64,000 bases of DNA from Candidatus Zhuqueibacter tengchongensis (GCA_034506175.1 JAPDQB010000038.1:2003-66002), one strand, 5' to 3'; positions 48,307 to 59,225 are shown, counted from the stretch's first letter. The notes: generated from the sequence alone by a model not told the origin. Numbers and translations: made by a program.

Positions 48307-51300
48307 ATGCGACGACCTCAGCATAAAATTTTCTCGCCAATCGTTTTGTTGCTCAGCCTCGTCATCTTGGACGCAAGATTATTGGCGCAAGCGAACAACG
48401 CTGGCGATGCGAGTGACAAACCCCGCCTGGTTTCTCCGGCTGAGAAGGCGAAGGAAGCGGTTTTGTCTCGCCGGGGCAAGGCCGGCCGCGACACCGTCTT
48501 GCGCGCGTACAGCATCAACGATTTGCTGGAGTACAAGGATTTCTACGAGCGCGAGCGTTTTCGTTTGGAAAGCGAACGGGCGTTTTTGCGCGATAAAGGC
48601 ATCAGCGACATGGAAGCGTTTTTGGCGAACCATCCCAAAAGCAAAATCCTCGACAAGGTGATCGTCCGCCTCGCCGAGCTGCATTACGAAAAAGCGCTGG
48701 AAGCCTACAACCGCGATCAGGAAAATTACAGTGTCCAGCTCGAGGCCCATGCCAAGGGGTTGTTGGCGGAGGCGCCGGTTGAGCCGAAGAAGGATTTCAG
48801 GCGCCCGCTGGAGCTTTATCAGCGCCTCATCGAACAGTTTCCGCAGAGCAAACTGGTGGATGACGCCAGTTATAACAAAGCGTTTCTGTTGGAAGATCTG
48901 GCGCAGCGTGATAGCGCTGTGGTGTTGTACGAAAAATTCGTGCAGGATTTTCCCGGCAGCCGGTACGTGCCGGAGGCGTTGTTCCGCGTCGCCGAATATT
49001 ATTTCAATCCGCCGGTCAATCAGGTCGAGCGCGCCATTGAAATTTACCGGCGGATTTTGCAGTACAACGACAGCCCCAAGTACGACGAAGCACTGTATCG
49101 CCTCGGTTGGAGCTATTATAAGCTGAATGATTATCCGCAGGCCATTTCTTATTTCACGATGTTGGCCGACGACATCAAGCGCGCGCAGCGGCTGGATCCG
49201 AAAAATAAAATCACCAATCCCAGCCTGGCGGAGGAGTCGATCGAATACATCGGCATCGCGTTTCTCGATTACAAAGGCGCATCGGCGGCGGCGGATTATT
49301 TGCACAGTGTCGGCGGCCGGCAATACGGCATCGATATATTGCGGAAGATCGGCGACGTTTACATGAACGTCAAGGAGGAATATGACAAGGCCATTCAGGC
49401 GTATCGACTGTTGCTCAAGATGTATCCGCTGGCGCCGGAAGCGCCAATGGTGCGCGCCAAGATCGCCGAATGTTATCGCGCCCTGGATGAGGAGCAGATG
49501 GCCTATTTGCAGCGCGACAGCCTGTTGGTGGAATACCACACCGGCTCGGCGTGGTGGCAGCACAACACCGACGACGATCTGCGCGCGAGGACGCATCAGC
49601 TCGTCGAGCGCGGGCTGCGCGAAAACGTCAATCTGCTGCTGAAACGCGCCGATGAAAGCAATGACATGACGCTTTATGCGCAGGCGGTGAGGGACAGCCG
49701 CAAATATTTGCGGGCTTTTCCGAAGGATTCCGCGGCCTCGCAAATTCATTGGAACATGGCGCTGACCCTCGACGCGAAATTGCGGCAGCACGACGCGGCT
49801 TATAACGAGTACATCAATTGCAGCAATTGGTACTGGAACAGCCGTTTCCGCAAAATGGCGGCGGAGAATGCCGTGGCCCTGGCGCAGGAAATTGCCGCCG
49901 CGGATACGGTTTCGCCGGTTGCAATGAAGCGCCCGGCGGTGATGCCGCTGAACATCGGCGAAATGAAAAACGCCATGCAAGACAGCACGGTGAAAGACCC
50001 GGCGGCGAAGCTGCGCCGCGCCTTGCATTTGGAGCGCCGCGAGCTGACCCCGGGCCAGATGAAACTGGCAGCGGCGCTGGATAATTACATCAAGCTTTTT
50101 CCGCATGAGCCGGAGACCGCGGAGCGCCTGGCGCAGGCCGGCGCGCTGTATTACAACAACAATGATTTCGCCGAATCGATCAAATATTTTAAAACGCTGA
50201 TCAGGCACTTTCCGGCAAGCCCGGCGGCGGAGTACGCCGAATATCTGCTGATGGAGAGCTATTTTGGAAAAATCGACTACAAAAGCTCGGAGATCGTCGC
50301 CAAGCGCATTCGCCTGAACAGCAAGAACGCCGATTACGTTGCCAAGGCTGAGCAGCGTTTGGCGGAATCGATTTTTCTGCAAGCCGAGGGTTTGGCCAAT
50401 CTCGCCGAGCATGTGAAAGCCGCGGAAGAATATCGCCGCGTTTTTGAAGAAGTGCCGCAGGCCGAGTTTGCCGATCTGGCGCTGCACAATTCCGGCCTGG
50501 AGTTCGATCAGGCGCGCGAGTACAGCCGCGCCGTCGAAACTTACAATATGTTGGTGAGCACCTTTGCCAAGTCGCCGCATTATTTGTCGGCGCTGAACAA
50601 CATGGCCTACGATTACGGCGCGTTGAATGATTACCGCAATGCCGCGCTCACTTTTGAGCGCCTCGCTGCCGAAGATCCCGACAGCGCAAAGGGCGAAACC
50701 TATTTGTACAACGCCAGCGGCTTTTACGTCAAAGCCGAGGAATGGCAGCGCGCCATCCGTGTCAACCGCGCTTTCGTCTCGCGCTTTCCCAATTCGAGAG
50801 ACGCGGCGGACATGTTCTATGAAATCGCCAACTTTTATTTGAAGCTCGATGACTGGGACAACGCCAACGCCGTCTATGGCGAATATGCCGAAAAATTTCC
50901 CGACTCACCGCGCACCGTCGAAACCTATTATCGCCGCGGCGAATATTACGAGCACAAGAACGATCCGAATCAGGCGAAAATCGAATATGAGAAGGCGCTG
51001 GCCAAAAGCCGCTCGTTTCAGGCGCGGAAAATGAGCGCCAACGAATTTTTTGCGGCGGAGGCGCTGTTCCGGCTCACGGAAATCAAATACCGCGAGTTTG
51101 CGGCGATTCGCTTCAAGCTGCCGGTGGCGCAGATGGATTTGGATAAAGAACGCAAGAAAAATGCGCTGCTGGAAATCATCGACAATTACACCCGCGTCGC
51201 CGCTTATGGCACCCTGCGTTTATACGAAGCCACCTACAAGATTGGCGAGGCCTACGAGGAGTTTGCGGCGGCATGGGCGAATCAGGAAATACCGGAAATC

Positions 51301-53007
51301 GACGCCAATCGCCGCATTGTGGCGCGTAAAGAAATCGGCCAAACCGCCGCCGAGCTTTACGAGCGTGCGCTGCAGTCGTATAAACACGCCGCCCGCGCCC
51401 TCGCCCGGCTGACGACGCTATACACGAATCAAGCCGCGCAAATTTACGCCGCCGCCGATACCACGCTGTTCGAGCGCTCCGGCCGTCTGGCGCGCGAAGA
51501 CACCACGCTGCGGGTGGCGAACCGCTGGATCGAGCGCAGCCGCATGAAAATTTCCGAAGTGATTTATGCAATGGCGGAAAGCCATTCCGCCTCGCTCGAG
51601 CTGCTGTTGGAAGCGCCGGTGCCGGAGAATATGGACGAGACCACCGCGCTGGAATTTCGCAACCAATTGCTCGGCAAATTCATCAAGCCGCTGGTTGGCG
51701 AGATTGTCTCGACGCATCAACGCGGCTTGGCGGAGGCGGATTCGCTGCATCTCAACAATCATTGGGTGGAAAGATCGCGGGAGAAAATCACGGCGACGCA
51801 AAATATTCTGGCGCGCGAGTACGCCGATTTGAGCTGGCGTGCGCTGTCGCAGTACAAAGCCGATATTGCCGATTACAAAGCCTCGGTCAATTCCGGCGAC
51901 ATACGCTCGCTGGCGCTGCGGGACGAGATGGCGAATTTGATCGATTTCTCGCGGTCCTTTGCCAAAGCCGCGGTCGAAGCTTACGGTGTGACGTTCGATC
52001 GTGCCGCCGCCATCAAAACCGGCGGTAACGAGCTGCGAAAAACTGAAGACGCCGCCTTTAGTTTTGCCTATCGTTTCGCCACGACTTTGGATTCATTGGC
52101 GAAAGTTGCCAACGACGAACGCCGGGCTTACGATGCTTTGGCCAAGCAAGGCAATGTCCCCTCCGGCGCCCGAGCCGGAGCCGACGGCAGGGGCGAAGGC
52201 TGGCAAGACGCCGTGGTGGCGTTTGAAGACAACTACTACTCGCTGTCAGAAGGCAAGACGGAAGTTCTACGGCTCGGCTTTGACTTGTCGCAGAAACATC
52301 AGCTCGAGAATGCGTGGTCGGAGAAGATCGTTTTGCTTTTGGTGAAAAGCGAGCCGGAAAAATACGCCGGCCTGCTTGGGCTTCAGGTTGCTCAGCTTAC
52401 TCTGCCGACAGACGAAACGTGGCTGGTTCATACGGCTCATCAAACCGGCTGGACCGAAGCAAGCTTCAACGCCGCGGATTGGCAGCCGGCGCAAAGTTTC
52501 GGCGCCAGCGCGAATTTTCAAGGCTACGGCGCACAACGGCTGTGGCTGGCCGGCAATGGAACGGCGAGCGCGGCGATCAAGCTTGTCGATCTCGTGGATT
52601 CTGTTCGCGTTGATTCAACGGCTCTGGCGCCGGCACCGAGCCCGGTGATGTATTTTCGCAAAAATTTTACCGTCGAGGGCTTGCCGGTGTCGGGACAAAT
52701 TCAACTGTTGGCGGATGATTCTTTCAATCTGTTTGTCAATGGCGAGTACGTGGCGCAATTCAACAAACTGCCGAACGAAAAAGTCGCGGTGCAGATCAAA
52801 GATGTGTCCACCTATTTGCTCGCGGGTGAAAACACGATTGCCCTCGAGGTGCGCGACACTGACAACAGTGGCGGGGTTTTGGAAGCCGTGATCTTTGTGA
52901 AATCCGTGCCGGGCTGGCAGCAGCGTGAGGCGGAATTGCGCGCCAAAAGAGAGCGCCGGCTAGACTGGATGATTTTCGAGCGCGGCATTTTGCCGAATAT
53001 TTATTGA
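48307..53007 (+). CDS. Giant TPR-repeat protein (about 1566 aa) with C-terminal galactose-binding-like domain
   Basis: Signal peptide MRRPQHKIFSPIVLLLSLVILDARLLAQA. There are more than 20 TPR / YbgF-like repeats (e.g. DEALYRLGWSYYKLNDYPQAISYF). The C-terminus reads WQPAQSFG...MYFRKNFTVEGLPVSGQIQLLADDSFNLFVNGEYV...GENTIALEV. I moved the start from 48256 to 48307 because the upstream codons lie inside a repeat hairpin. Confidence 0.8.
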   Translation: MRRPQHKIFSPIVLLLSLVILDARLLAQANNAGDASDKPRLVSPAEKAKEAVLSRRGKAGRDTVLRAYSINDLLEYKDFYERERFRLESERAFLRDKGISDMEAFLANHPKSKILDKVIVRLAELHYEKALEAYNRDQENYSVQLEAHAKGLLAEAPVEPKKDFRRPLELYQRLIEQFPQSKLVDDASYNKAFLLEDLAQRDSAVVLYEKFVQDFPGSRYVPEALFRVAEYYFNPPVNQVERAIEIYRRILQYNDSPKYDEALYRLGWSYYKLNDYPQAISYFTMLADDIKRAQRLDPKNKITNPSLAEESIEYIGIAFLDYKGASAAADYLHSVGGRQYGIDILRKIGDVYMNVKEEYDKAIQAYRLLLKMYPLAPEAPMVRAKIAECYRALDEEQMAYLQRDSLLVEYHTGSAWWQHNTDDDLRARTHQLVERGLRENVNLLLKRADESNDMTLYAQAVRDSRKYLRAFPKDSAASQIHWNMALTLDAKLRQHDAAYNEYINCSNWYWNSRFRKMAAENAVALAQEIAAADTVSPVAMKRPAVMPLNIGEMKNAMQDSTVKDPAAKLRRALHLERRELTPGQMKLAAALDNYIKLFPHEPETAERLAQAGALYYNNNDFAESIKYFKTLIRHFPASPAAEYAEYLLMESYFGKIDYKSSEIVAKRIRLNSKNADYVAKAEQRLAESIFLQAEGLANLAEHVKAAEEYRRVFEEVPQAEFADLALHNSGLEFDQAREYSRAVETYNMLVSTFAKSPHYLSALNNMAYDYGALNDYRNAALTFERLAAEDPDSAKGETYLYNASGFYVKAEEWQRAIRVNRAFVSRFPNSRDAADMFYEIANFYLKLDDWDNANAVYGEYAEKFPDSPRTVETYYRRGEYYEHKNDPNQAKIEYEKALAKSRSFQARKMSANEFFAAEALFRLTEIKYREFAAIRFKLPVAQMDLDKERKKNALLEIIDNYTRVAAYGTLRLYEATYKIGEAYEEFAAAWANQEIPEIDANRRIVARKEIGQTAAELYERALQSYKHAARALARLTTLYTNQAAQIYAAADTTLFERSGRLAREDTTLRVANRWIERSRMKISEVIYAMAESHSASLELLLEAPVPENMDETTALEFRNQLLGKFIKPLVGEIVSTHQRGLAEADSLHLNNHWVERSREKITATQNILAREYADLSWRALSQYKADIADYKASVNSGDIRSLALRDEMANLIDFSRSFAKAAVEAYGVTFDRAAAIKTGGNELRKTEDAAFSFAYRFATTLDSLAKVANDERRAYDALAKQGNVPSGARAGADGRGEGWQDAVVAFEDNYYSLSEGKTEVLRLGFDLSQKHQLENAWSEKIVLLLVKSEPEKYAGLLGLQVAQLTLPTDETWLVHTAHQTGWTEASFNAADWQPAQSFGASANFQGYGAQRLWLAGNGTASAAIKLVDLVDSVRVDSTALAPAPSPVMYFRKNFTVEGLPVSGQIQLLADDSFNLFVNGEYVAQFNKLPNEKVAVQIKDVSTYLLAGENTIALEVRDTDNSGGVLEAVIFVKSVPGWQQREAELRAKRERRLDWMIFERGILPNIY

Positions 53008-53013
53008 GAGGGA

Positions 53014-53433
53014 ATGACAATGAAAATGCGGATGGTCGTTTTCGTGATGGCCTGTTGCTGGCCGATGGTTGGATCGACGCAAAGCGCGTCTGATCAGCCC
53101 AAAACCGCGACGCCGGACACCGTGACGTCAAAAGTGATGCAACCGCCTCAAACGGCGCGCCTTACCCAGCCGGATTCGTCCAAGCCGGCGCAGGAATTGG
53201 AGCTGGAAGCCATTGCCATCGAGGCCATCATTGAAAAGCCGAATGTCAACATCATCCCCCGGCGTCTGGAGCCGGATTTGGAAGAAGTGGAATTTGTCGA
53301 ACGCAGCTTTGATCGCGAGCTGAAGGAGGTGCCGCGCGACTTGCTGCTGCTCGACGACGACCTCGACCGCGTCGCCCGGCTCGAGGGTTTGAAGAAACTG
53401 CTGGAAAAGAAAAAGAACAAACAGGATAAATAG
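53014..53433 (+). CDS. Small secreted/charged protein, unknown function
   Basis: 139 aa: signal-like MVVFVMACCWPMVGS, a Pro/Gln/Ser-rich linker and an acidic C-terminal half with a lysine tail. It lies 6 nt after the giant TPR gene. An alternative start lies at 53020. Confidence 0.6.
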   Translation: MTMKMRMVVFVMACCWPMVGSTQSASDQPKTATPDTVTSKVMQPPQTARLTQPDSSKPAQELELEAIAIEAIIEKPNVNIIPRRLEPDLEEVEFVERSFDRELKEVPRDLLLLDDDLDRVARLEGLKKLLEKKKNKQDK

Positions 53434-53574
53434 TCAGTCTATCCTGTCATTGCGTGGGAATCCTTGTTTAAATGCGGAGGAGCGATCGTGATGAATAAAA
53501 AGGATTCTTTTGGAAGGACATTTTGATGTTTGTTAACAATCAATCAACTTTACACGTCGTTGGAGGATTCTGAT

Positions 53575-54225
53575 ATGGACGTTTTCATCAAAGCATTTAG
53601 TCCAAACGAGCCTGGGTTTTTGTACATGTATGTCATTGCTTTTGTCGGCGCCTTTGCGATTGCCATTGCGATCGAACGGGCTTATTACATTGTCGTCCGT
53701 TCCAATATCAACGCCGACAAGTTCATGGCCGAGATTCGCAAGCTGGTGAAAGCCGGCGAATACAAAAAAGCCGTGGCGCTTTGCGATTCCGCCGGCAGCA
53801 AGGCGCTGCCGCAAGTCGTGGTCACCGGGTTGCGCGTGGTCGCCGAAAGCGACACCACGGACTTCCGCACGATTCAAAACAGCGTTGACGAGGGCACGCT
53901 GGAAATTCTGCCCAAACTGCAGGCGCGAACCAATTTTCTGCCGCTGCTGGCCAACGTGGCGACGCTGCTCGGCTTGATGGGAACGATCTGGGGTCTGATC
54001 CTCGCCTTCCGTTCGGTGTCGGTTCCGGGCATCGACGCGACGCAAAAAGCCAACATGCTGGCTGCCGGCATCTACACCGCGATGAACACGACGCTGCTGG
54101 GATTGGCCGTCGCCGTTCCCACCATTTTGATCTACGCCTTCATCCACAACAAAACCGCCAAAATCATCGACGAGATCGACGAACACACCGTCAAGTTGAT
54201 TAACCTGTTAACCGGAAACCGTTAA
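53575..54225 (+). CDS. exbB: MotA/TolQ/ExbB proton-channel family protein
   Basis: Three transmembrane segments and the family motif LLANVATLLGLMGTIWGLILAF ... AAGIYTAMNTTLLGLAVAVP. GGAGGA lies 8 nt before the ATG at 53575. Confidence 0.88.
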   Translation: MDVFIKAFSPNEPGFLYMYVIAFVGAFAIAIAIERAYYIVVRSNINADKFMAEIRKLVKAGEYKKAVALCDSAGSKALPQVVVTGLRVVAESDTTDFRTIQNSVDEGTLEILPKLQARTNFLPLLANVATLLGLMGTIWGLILAFRSVSVPGIDATQKANMLAAGIYTAMNTTLLGLAVAVPTILIYAFIHNKTAKIIDEIDEHTVKLINLLTGNR

Positions 54226-54228
54226 ACC

Positions 54229-54774
54229 ATGGCCTTTCGACCTTCTCTTCGCCGTCATTTAAAAATGGAAAGCACCGACTTGAATCTCACGCCGGTCATG
54301 AACTTGATGGTGGTGATGATTCCGATGCTGCTCTCCGGCTCACAGTTTATCAAATTGGGCATCATTGAGCTGAATTTGCCGCCCGCCGCCGGCGCCAGCG
54401 TTGCCGGCAATCCAACTACGGCTTTGCCCAAGGAAGAGCAGCGTTCGCTGGATTTGACGATTTCGATCACCGCGCGCGGTTTTTACCTTTCGAGCGCCCT
54501 CACCGTACTGCATGGCAAAGACAGCGCCGGCCCGACGATCCCCGCGAAGCCGGACGGCGAATATGATTTTGTCGAGCTTGCCAAAAAACTGCACGACGTC
54601 AAACAAAAAGCGCAAGGCATTTTTCCCGATGCCGATGCGATCGTGTTGCAAGCCGAGAAAGATATTAAATACCAGACGCTCGTGGATACGATGGACGCCG
54701 CGCGCATGATCGAAATCGACGGCAAAGTGATCGAACTTTTCCCGCGCGTGGCTTTGAGCGCCGGCGTCATGTAA
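54229..54774 (+). CDS. exbD: ExbD/TolR biopolymer transport protein (1 of 2)
   Basis: The N-terminal LNLTPVMNLMVVMIPMLL anchor is typical of ExbD/TolR, followed by a periplasmic domain (AIVLQAEKDIKYQTLVDTMDA). Confidence 0.85.
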   Translation: MAFRPSLRRHLKMESTDLNLTPVMNLMVVMIPMLLSGSQFIKLGIIELNLPPAAGASVAGNPTTALPKEEQRSLDLTISITARGFYLSSALTVLHGKDSAGPTIPAKPDGEYDFVELAKKLHDVKQKAQGIFPDADAIVLQAEKDIKYQTLVDTMDAARMIEIDGKVIELFPRVALSAGVM

Positions 54775-54794
54775 ATTTATTTCAGGTTGAATTT

Positions 54795-55301
54795 ATGGCT
54801 TTTATTCCCTCCAAAATCAAGAAACACAAATCGGAGATGCTGGTGTCGCTCAATCTCACTTCGATGATGGACATGTTTACCATCATTCTGGTGTTCTTGA
54901 TCAAGAATTATTCGACCGAGGGGGCGCTGATCACGCCATCGGATTATCTGCATTTGCCGTTTTCACAAATTCAGAAGGCGCCGGAAAAAGGCCTGGACGT
55001 GATCGTGTCCAAGCAGGTTCTCATGGTGAATAACGAGCCGGTGGCGCCGATGGCGGACGTGGTGACGAACAACCCGGCGATTGTCGAACAGGGCGTCATC
55101 AAACCGCTGCGGGAGAAACTGCTGTTTTACAGCAGCCAGAGCAAGAAAATGGAAGTCGATTACGGCATCAAGTTTTCCGGCAAGGTCACCATTCAGGGCG
55201 ACAAGGATTTGCCGTACTCGGAGCTGGTGAAGGTAATTCGCACCTGCGGCCTGTCGGATTACCCGAATTTGCGCTTGGTGGTTTATCGTAAAACTGATTG
55301 A
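54795..55301 (+). CDS. exbD: ExbD/TolR biopolymer transport protein (2 of 2)
   Basis: LNLTSMMDMFTIILVFLI anchor followed by a periplasmic domain (VTIQGDKDLPYSELVKVIRTC). Confidence 0.85.
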   Translation: MAFIPSKIKKHKSEMLVSLNLTSMMDMFTIILVFLIKNYSTEGALITPSDYLHLPFSQIQKAPEKGLDVIVSKQVLMVNNEPVAPMADVVTNNPAIVEQGVIKPLREKLLFYSSQSKKMEVDYGIKFSGKVTIQGDKDLPYSELVKVIRTCGLSDYPNLRLVVYRKTD

Positions 55302-55324
55302 GCGCTGAAAAGCAGAAAATGAAA

Positions 55325-55388
55325 CAGACCGGTCACTTAAGATTTGTAGAAAGCCATAAATTTTTACGCACTCCAAGTGACCGGTCTG
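55325..55388. repeat. GACCGGTC hairpin element, copy 2 (14-bp arms)
   Basis: CAGACCGGTCACTT ... AAGTGACCGGTCTG, located between exbD2 and the TonB-like gene. Confidence 0.7.
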
Positions 55389-55440
55389 TGGCTGTTCAGA
55401 GAGTCATGCACGCCACACTTCATTAAATTTACGGCACACG

Positions 55441-56637
55441 ATGGCACTGAAAACACAACCGGACTCTGCCCGCAGCGACATTGCAGACGCGACCGGCGAG
55501 TCGTTGTCAAAAACGCCCGGCGATGAGGCGATTAAGATGACTTTTCCCAAAGTGTTTGAGAAATCACTGTCGGATTTTATCGACCGCCGGTTCATCGTGA
55601 TTTTGGCTCTGACGATTGCGGTTGATTTTGGCAGCATCGCTTATTTCTTGTCCACCGCGCCGGCCGACATGAGTGAATCCGATGCCGAACGCTTTCGGAA
55701 AAAATTTGTCGAGCTGGTTCGCGACAAAATCGAATCCGAACGCGAAGCCAAGTTTGTCGAGGCGCCGCCGTTAAAAGCTTTGCCGCCCGCGCTGATGCCG
55801 AAAAATGTTTCGGATGGCCCGGCCTCGGTGTCCGGGCGTCGTCCTGGCGCCGCGGTTTCACCGGGAGGAAGCAGCGAAACCCTCCTGGCAGGCGGGAGCG
55901 CAGAAACTCATACCGCGCCGGGTGCTTCCGGTCGCCGGACGCGGGAAGACATCAGCCATGCCGCCAGCCGTGCCGGCATTCTCGCGTTGCTCACCGGCAA
56001 GGGAGATGCAGCCACCGGCCGCGCCGCCGAAGATGTTTTGAGCGGCAACAAAACGCCGATGGCAAATCTCGATGAAGCGCTCACCAACGCCGGCGGCCTC
56101 CGGCGCGGCTCGACGCGAGAACTGGGCACGGCGATGAGCTCCGGCGGCGATGCTGTCGGCAATGGCAGCAACCGCAGCCGCGAAATACGCGGCGGCCGCG
56201 CCACGCATGTCGGCGGCATTGATGCGCTGGTGCAAGGTCTCGGCGAGGGCAAATCCCAAAGCGTGCAGCGTTCCGGCGGCCTGGAGGTCGGAAATCATGA
56301 GCCGCTCATCGAAGAGCCTTCCGAAGACGGCCGGGCCACCGGCTCACGCGATCGTGATGCGGTTGCCGCGGTGGTGGCGCGGCATACTTCCGCCATTCAG
56401 TTTTGCTATCAACGAGAAGTCCGGCGCCTTCCGAATCTTCGCGGTAAACTTGTGGTGCGTTTCGTCATCACCCCACAAGGCACCATCGCCAGCGTCACCG
56501 TCCTTTCCTCGACGTTGAACAATCCCACCGTTGAAAGCTGCGTCGTTGAGCGCATCAAGCGCTGGGACGATTTCGGCGCCATTGATCCCTCCAAAGGCAA
56601 CACGACGTTTCGGCAGGTTTATACGTTTGGGTATTGA
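55441..56637 (+). CDS. TonB-like energy transducer with AgmX/PglI-type C-terminal domain
   Basis: 398 aa: a cytoplasmic N-terminus, one transmembrane segment (FIVILALTIAVDFGSIAYFL), a long Gly/Ala/Ser/Pro/Arg-rich linker and a C-terminal domain with two Cys (IQFCYQREVRRLPNLRGKLVVRFVITPQGTIASVTVLSSTLNNPTVESCVVERIKRW). Confidence 0.75.
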   Translation: MALKTQPDSARSDIADATGESLSKTPGDEAIKMTFPKVFEKSLSDFIDRRFIVILALTIAVDFGSIAYFLSTAPADMSESDAERFRKKFVELVRDKIESEREAKFVEAPPLKALPPALMPKNVSDGPASVSGRRPGAAVSPGGSSETLLAGGSAETHTAPGASGRRTREDISHAASRAGILALLTGKGDAATGRAAEDVLSGNKTPMANLDEALTNAGGLRRGSTRELGTAMSSGGDAVGNGSNRSREIRGGRATHVGGIDALVQGLGEGKSQSVQRSGGLEVGNHEPLIEEPSEDGRATGSRDRDAVAAVVARHTSAIQFCYQREVRRLPNLRGKLVVRFVITPQGTIASVTVLSSTLNNPTVESCVVERIKRWDDFGAIDPSKGNTTFRQVYTFGY

Positions 56638-56838
56638 GGCCGGCGTAGTTTCTTGGTGATGGGCTTCACTCTCCTGTCACCCCGACTCTTCACCTAATTG
56701 ATCGGGTTGGGGCGGCATCCATTTTTCCCACGTCCTCGCAAAATTCCCCTTGCCTTTTGAGGCGAAAATTCCGATTTTATAAAGTGTCTTGGGAAGTCGG
56801 CTGTAGTAGCAATTTTAACTGTTTAAAAGCGCGGCCAA

Positions 56839-56879
56839 GCCGAATCTCAGAGAAGTAACTTGAGATCGGCATTTTTTTT
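56839..56879 (+). terminator. Rho-independent terminator closing the TPR-exbBD-tonB-like operon
   Basis: GCCGAATCTCA gagaagtaact TGAGATCGGC followed by ATTTTTTTT. Confidence 0.65.
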
Positions 56880-56893
56880 ATCAGGTGGAAATC

Positions 56894-56955
56894 ATTGACC
56901 GGTCGCTAAATAATTTTTTTGACTGGAACGCTGAAAGTATGAGCGACCGGTCAAT
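56894..56955. repeat. GACCGGTC hairpin element, copy 3 (variant arms)
   Basis: ATTGACCGGTCGCT ... AGCGACCGGTCAAT, exact 14-bp arms with a 34-nt AT-rich loop, ending 25 nt before the aspS start. Confidence 0.65.
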
Positions 56956-56979
56956 AAAGATGTTAAAAGGCAAAAGCGT

Positions 56980-58749
<1,770 letters not shown>

Positions 58750-58830
58750 ATTTTGATTGACTGCGGCGCCTATATTTTTTATATTTAATGTCACGCTTTT
58801 GAAAGCCGAAATAGCTTTCATGAATTTGGC

Positions 58831-58903
58831 GAGCCTGTAGCTCAGCTGGTAGAGCAGCGGACTTTTAATCCGTTGGCCGGGAGTTCGATTCTCCCCAGGC
58901 TCA
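58831..58903 (+). tRNA. tRNA-Lys (anticodon UUU)
   Basis: Acceptor stem GAGCCTG/CAGGCTC, D-loop AGCTCAGCTGGTAGAGC, anticodon loop CTTTTAA, T-arm GGGAGTTCGATTCTCCC. No CCA is encoded. Confidence 0.9.
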
Positions 58904-58987
58904 CGAGACGGCAAAAAAGATAAAAAGAGAAAACCGGTAAAAACGAATGGTCTTTTTTCTCTGTTTATCCTTTTTGTTAGTGAAAAG

Positions 58988-59060
58988 GCGCCTATAGCTC
59001 AACTGGCAGAGCAGGTGACTCTTAATCACAAGGTTCCAGGTTCGATTCCTGGTAGGCGCA
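58988..59060 (+). tRNA. tRNA-Lys (anticodon CUU)
   Basis: Acceptor stem GCGCCTA/TAGGCGC, anticodon loop CTCTTAA, T-arm CCAGGTTCGATTCCTGG. Confidence 0.88.
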
Positions 59061-59139
59061 CGATGTGAAAAAAGATAAAAAGCAAAACGGAGCTTGAACT
59101 GTCTTTTTTGCTTTTTGTCCTTTTATCTTTTTTACCGAG

Positions 59140-59213
59140 GGGCCCTTAGCTCAGTTGGTTAGAGCGGCGGACTCATAATCCGCTGGTCGTAGGTTCAAGT
59201 CCTACAGGGCCCA
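59140..59213 (+). tRNA. tRNA with CAU anticodon (elongator Met, or Ile2 read via lysidine)
   Basis: Acceptor stem GGGCCCT/AGGGCCC, anticodon loop CTCATAA, T-arm GTAGGTTCAAGTCCTAC. The acceptor stem (C4, C5) and overall sequence resemble E. coli tRNA-Ile2. It lacks initiator features. Confidence 0.85.
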
Positions 59214-59225
59214 CCCGCAGGTGTT

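Noticed and set aside
48379-50580. Very long antisense or overlapping ORFs: 48379-50580 (-), 46442-47839 (-), 10850-11995 (+), 17077-17973 (-), 18424-19233 (-), 25946-26857 (-), 27026-27847 (-), 31673-33223 (+), 33260-34060 (+), 35353-36327 (+), 59325-60200 (-)
   Set aside because: Each lies entirely inside a longer ORF on the other strand or frame that has clear family motifs. Their translations are Arg/Gly/Ala-rich and low in complexity, which is typical of shadow ORFs in GC-rich coding DNA. None has a plausible ribosome-binding site or recognisable domain.
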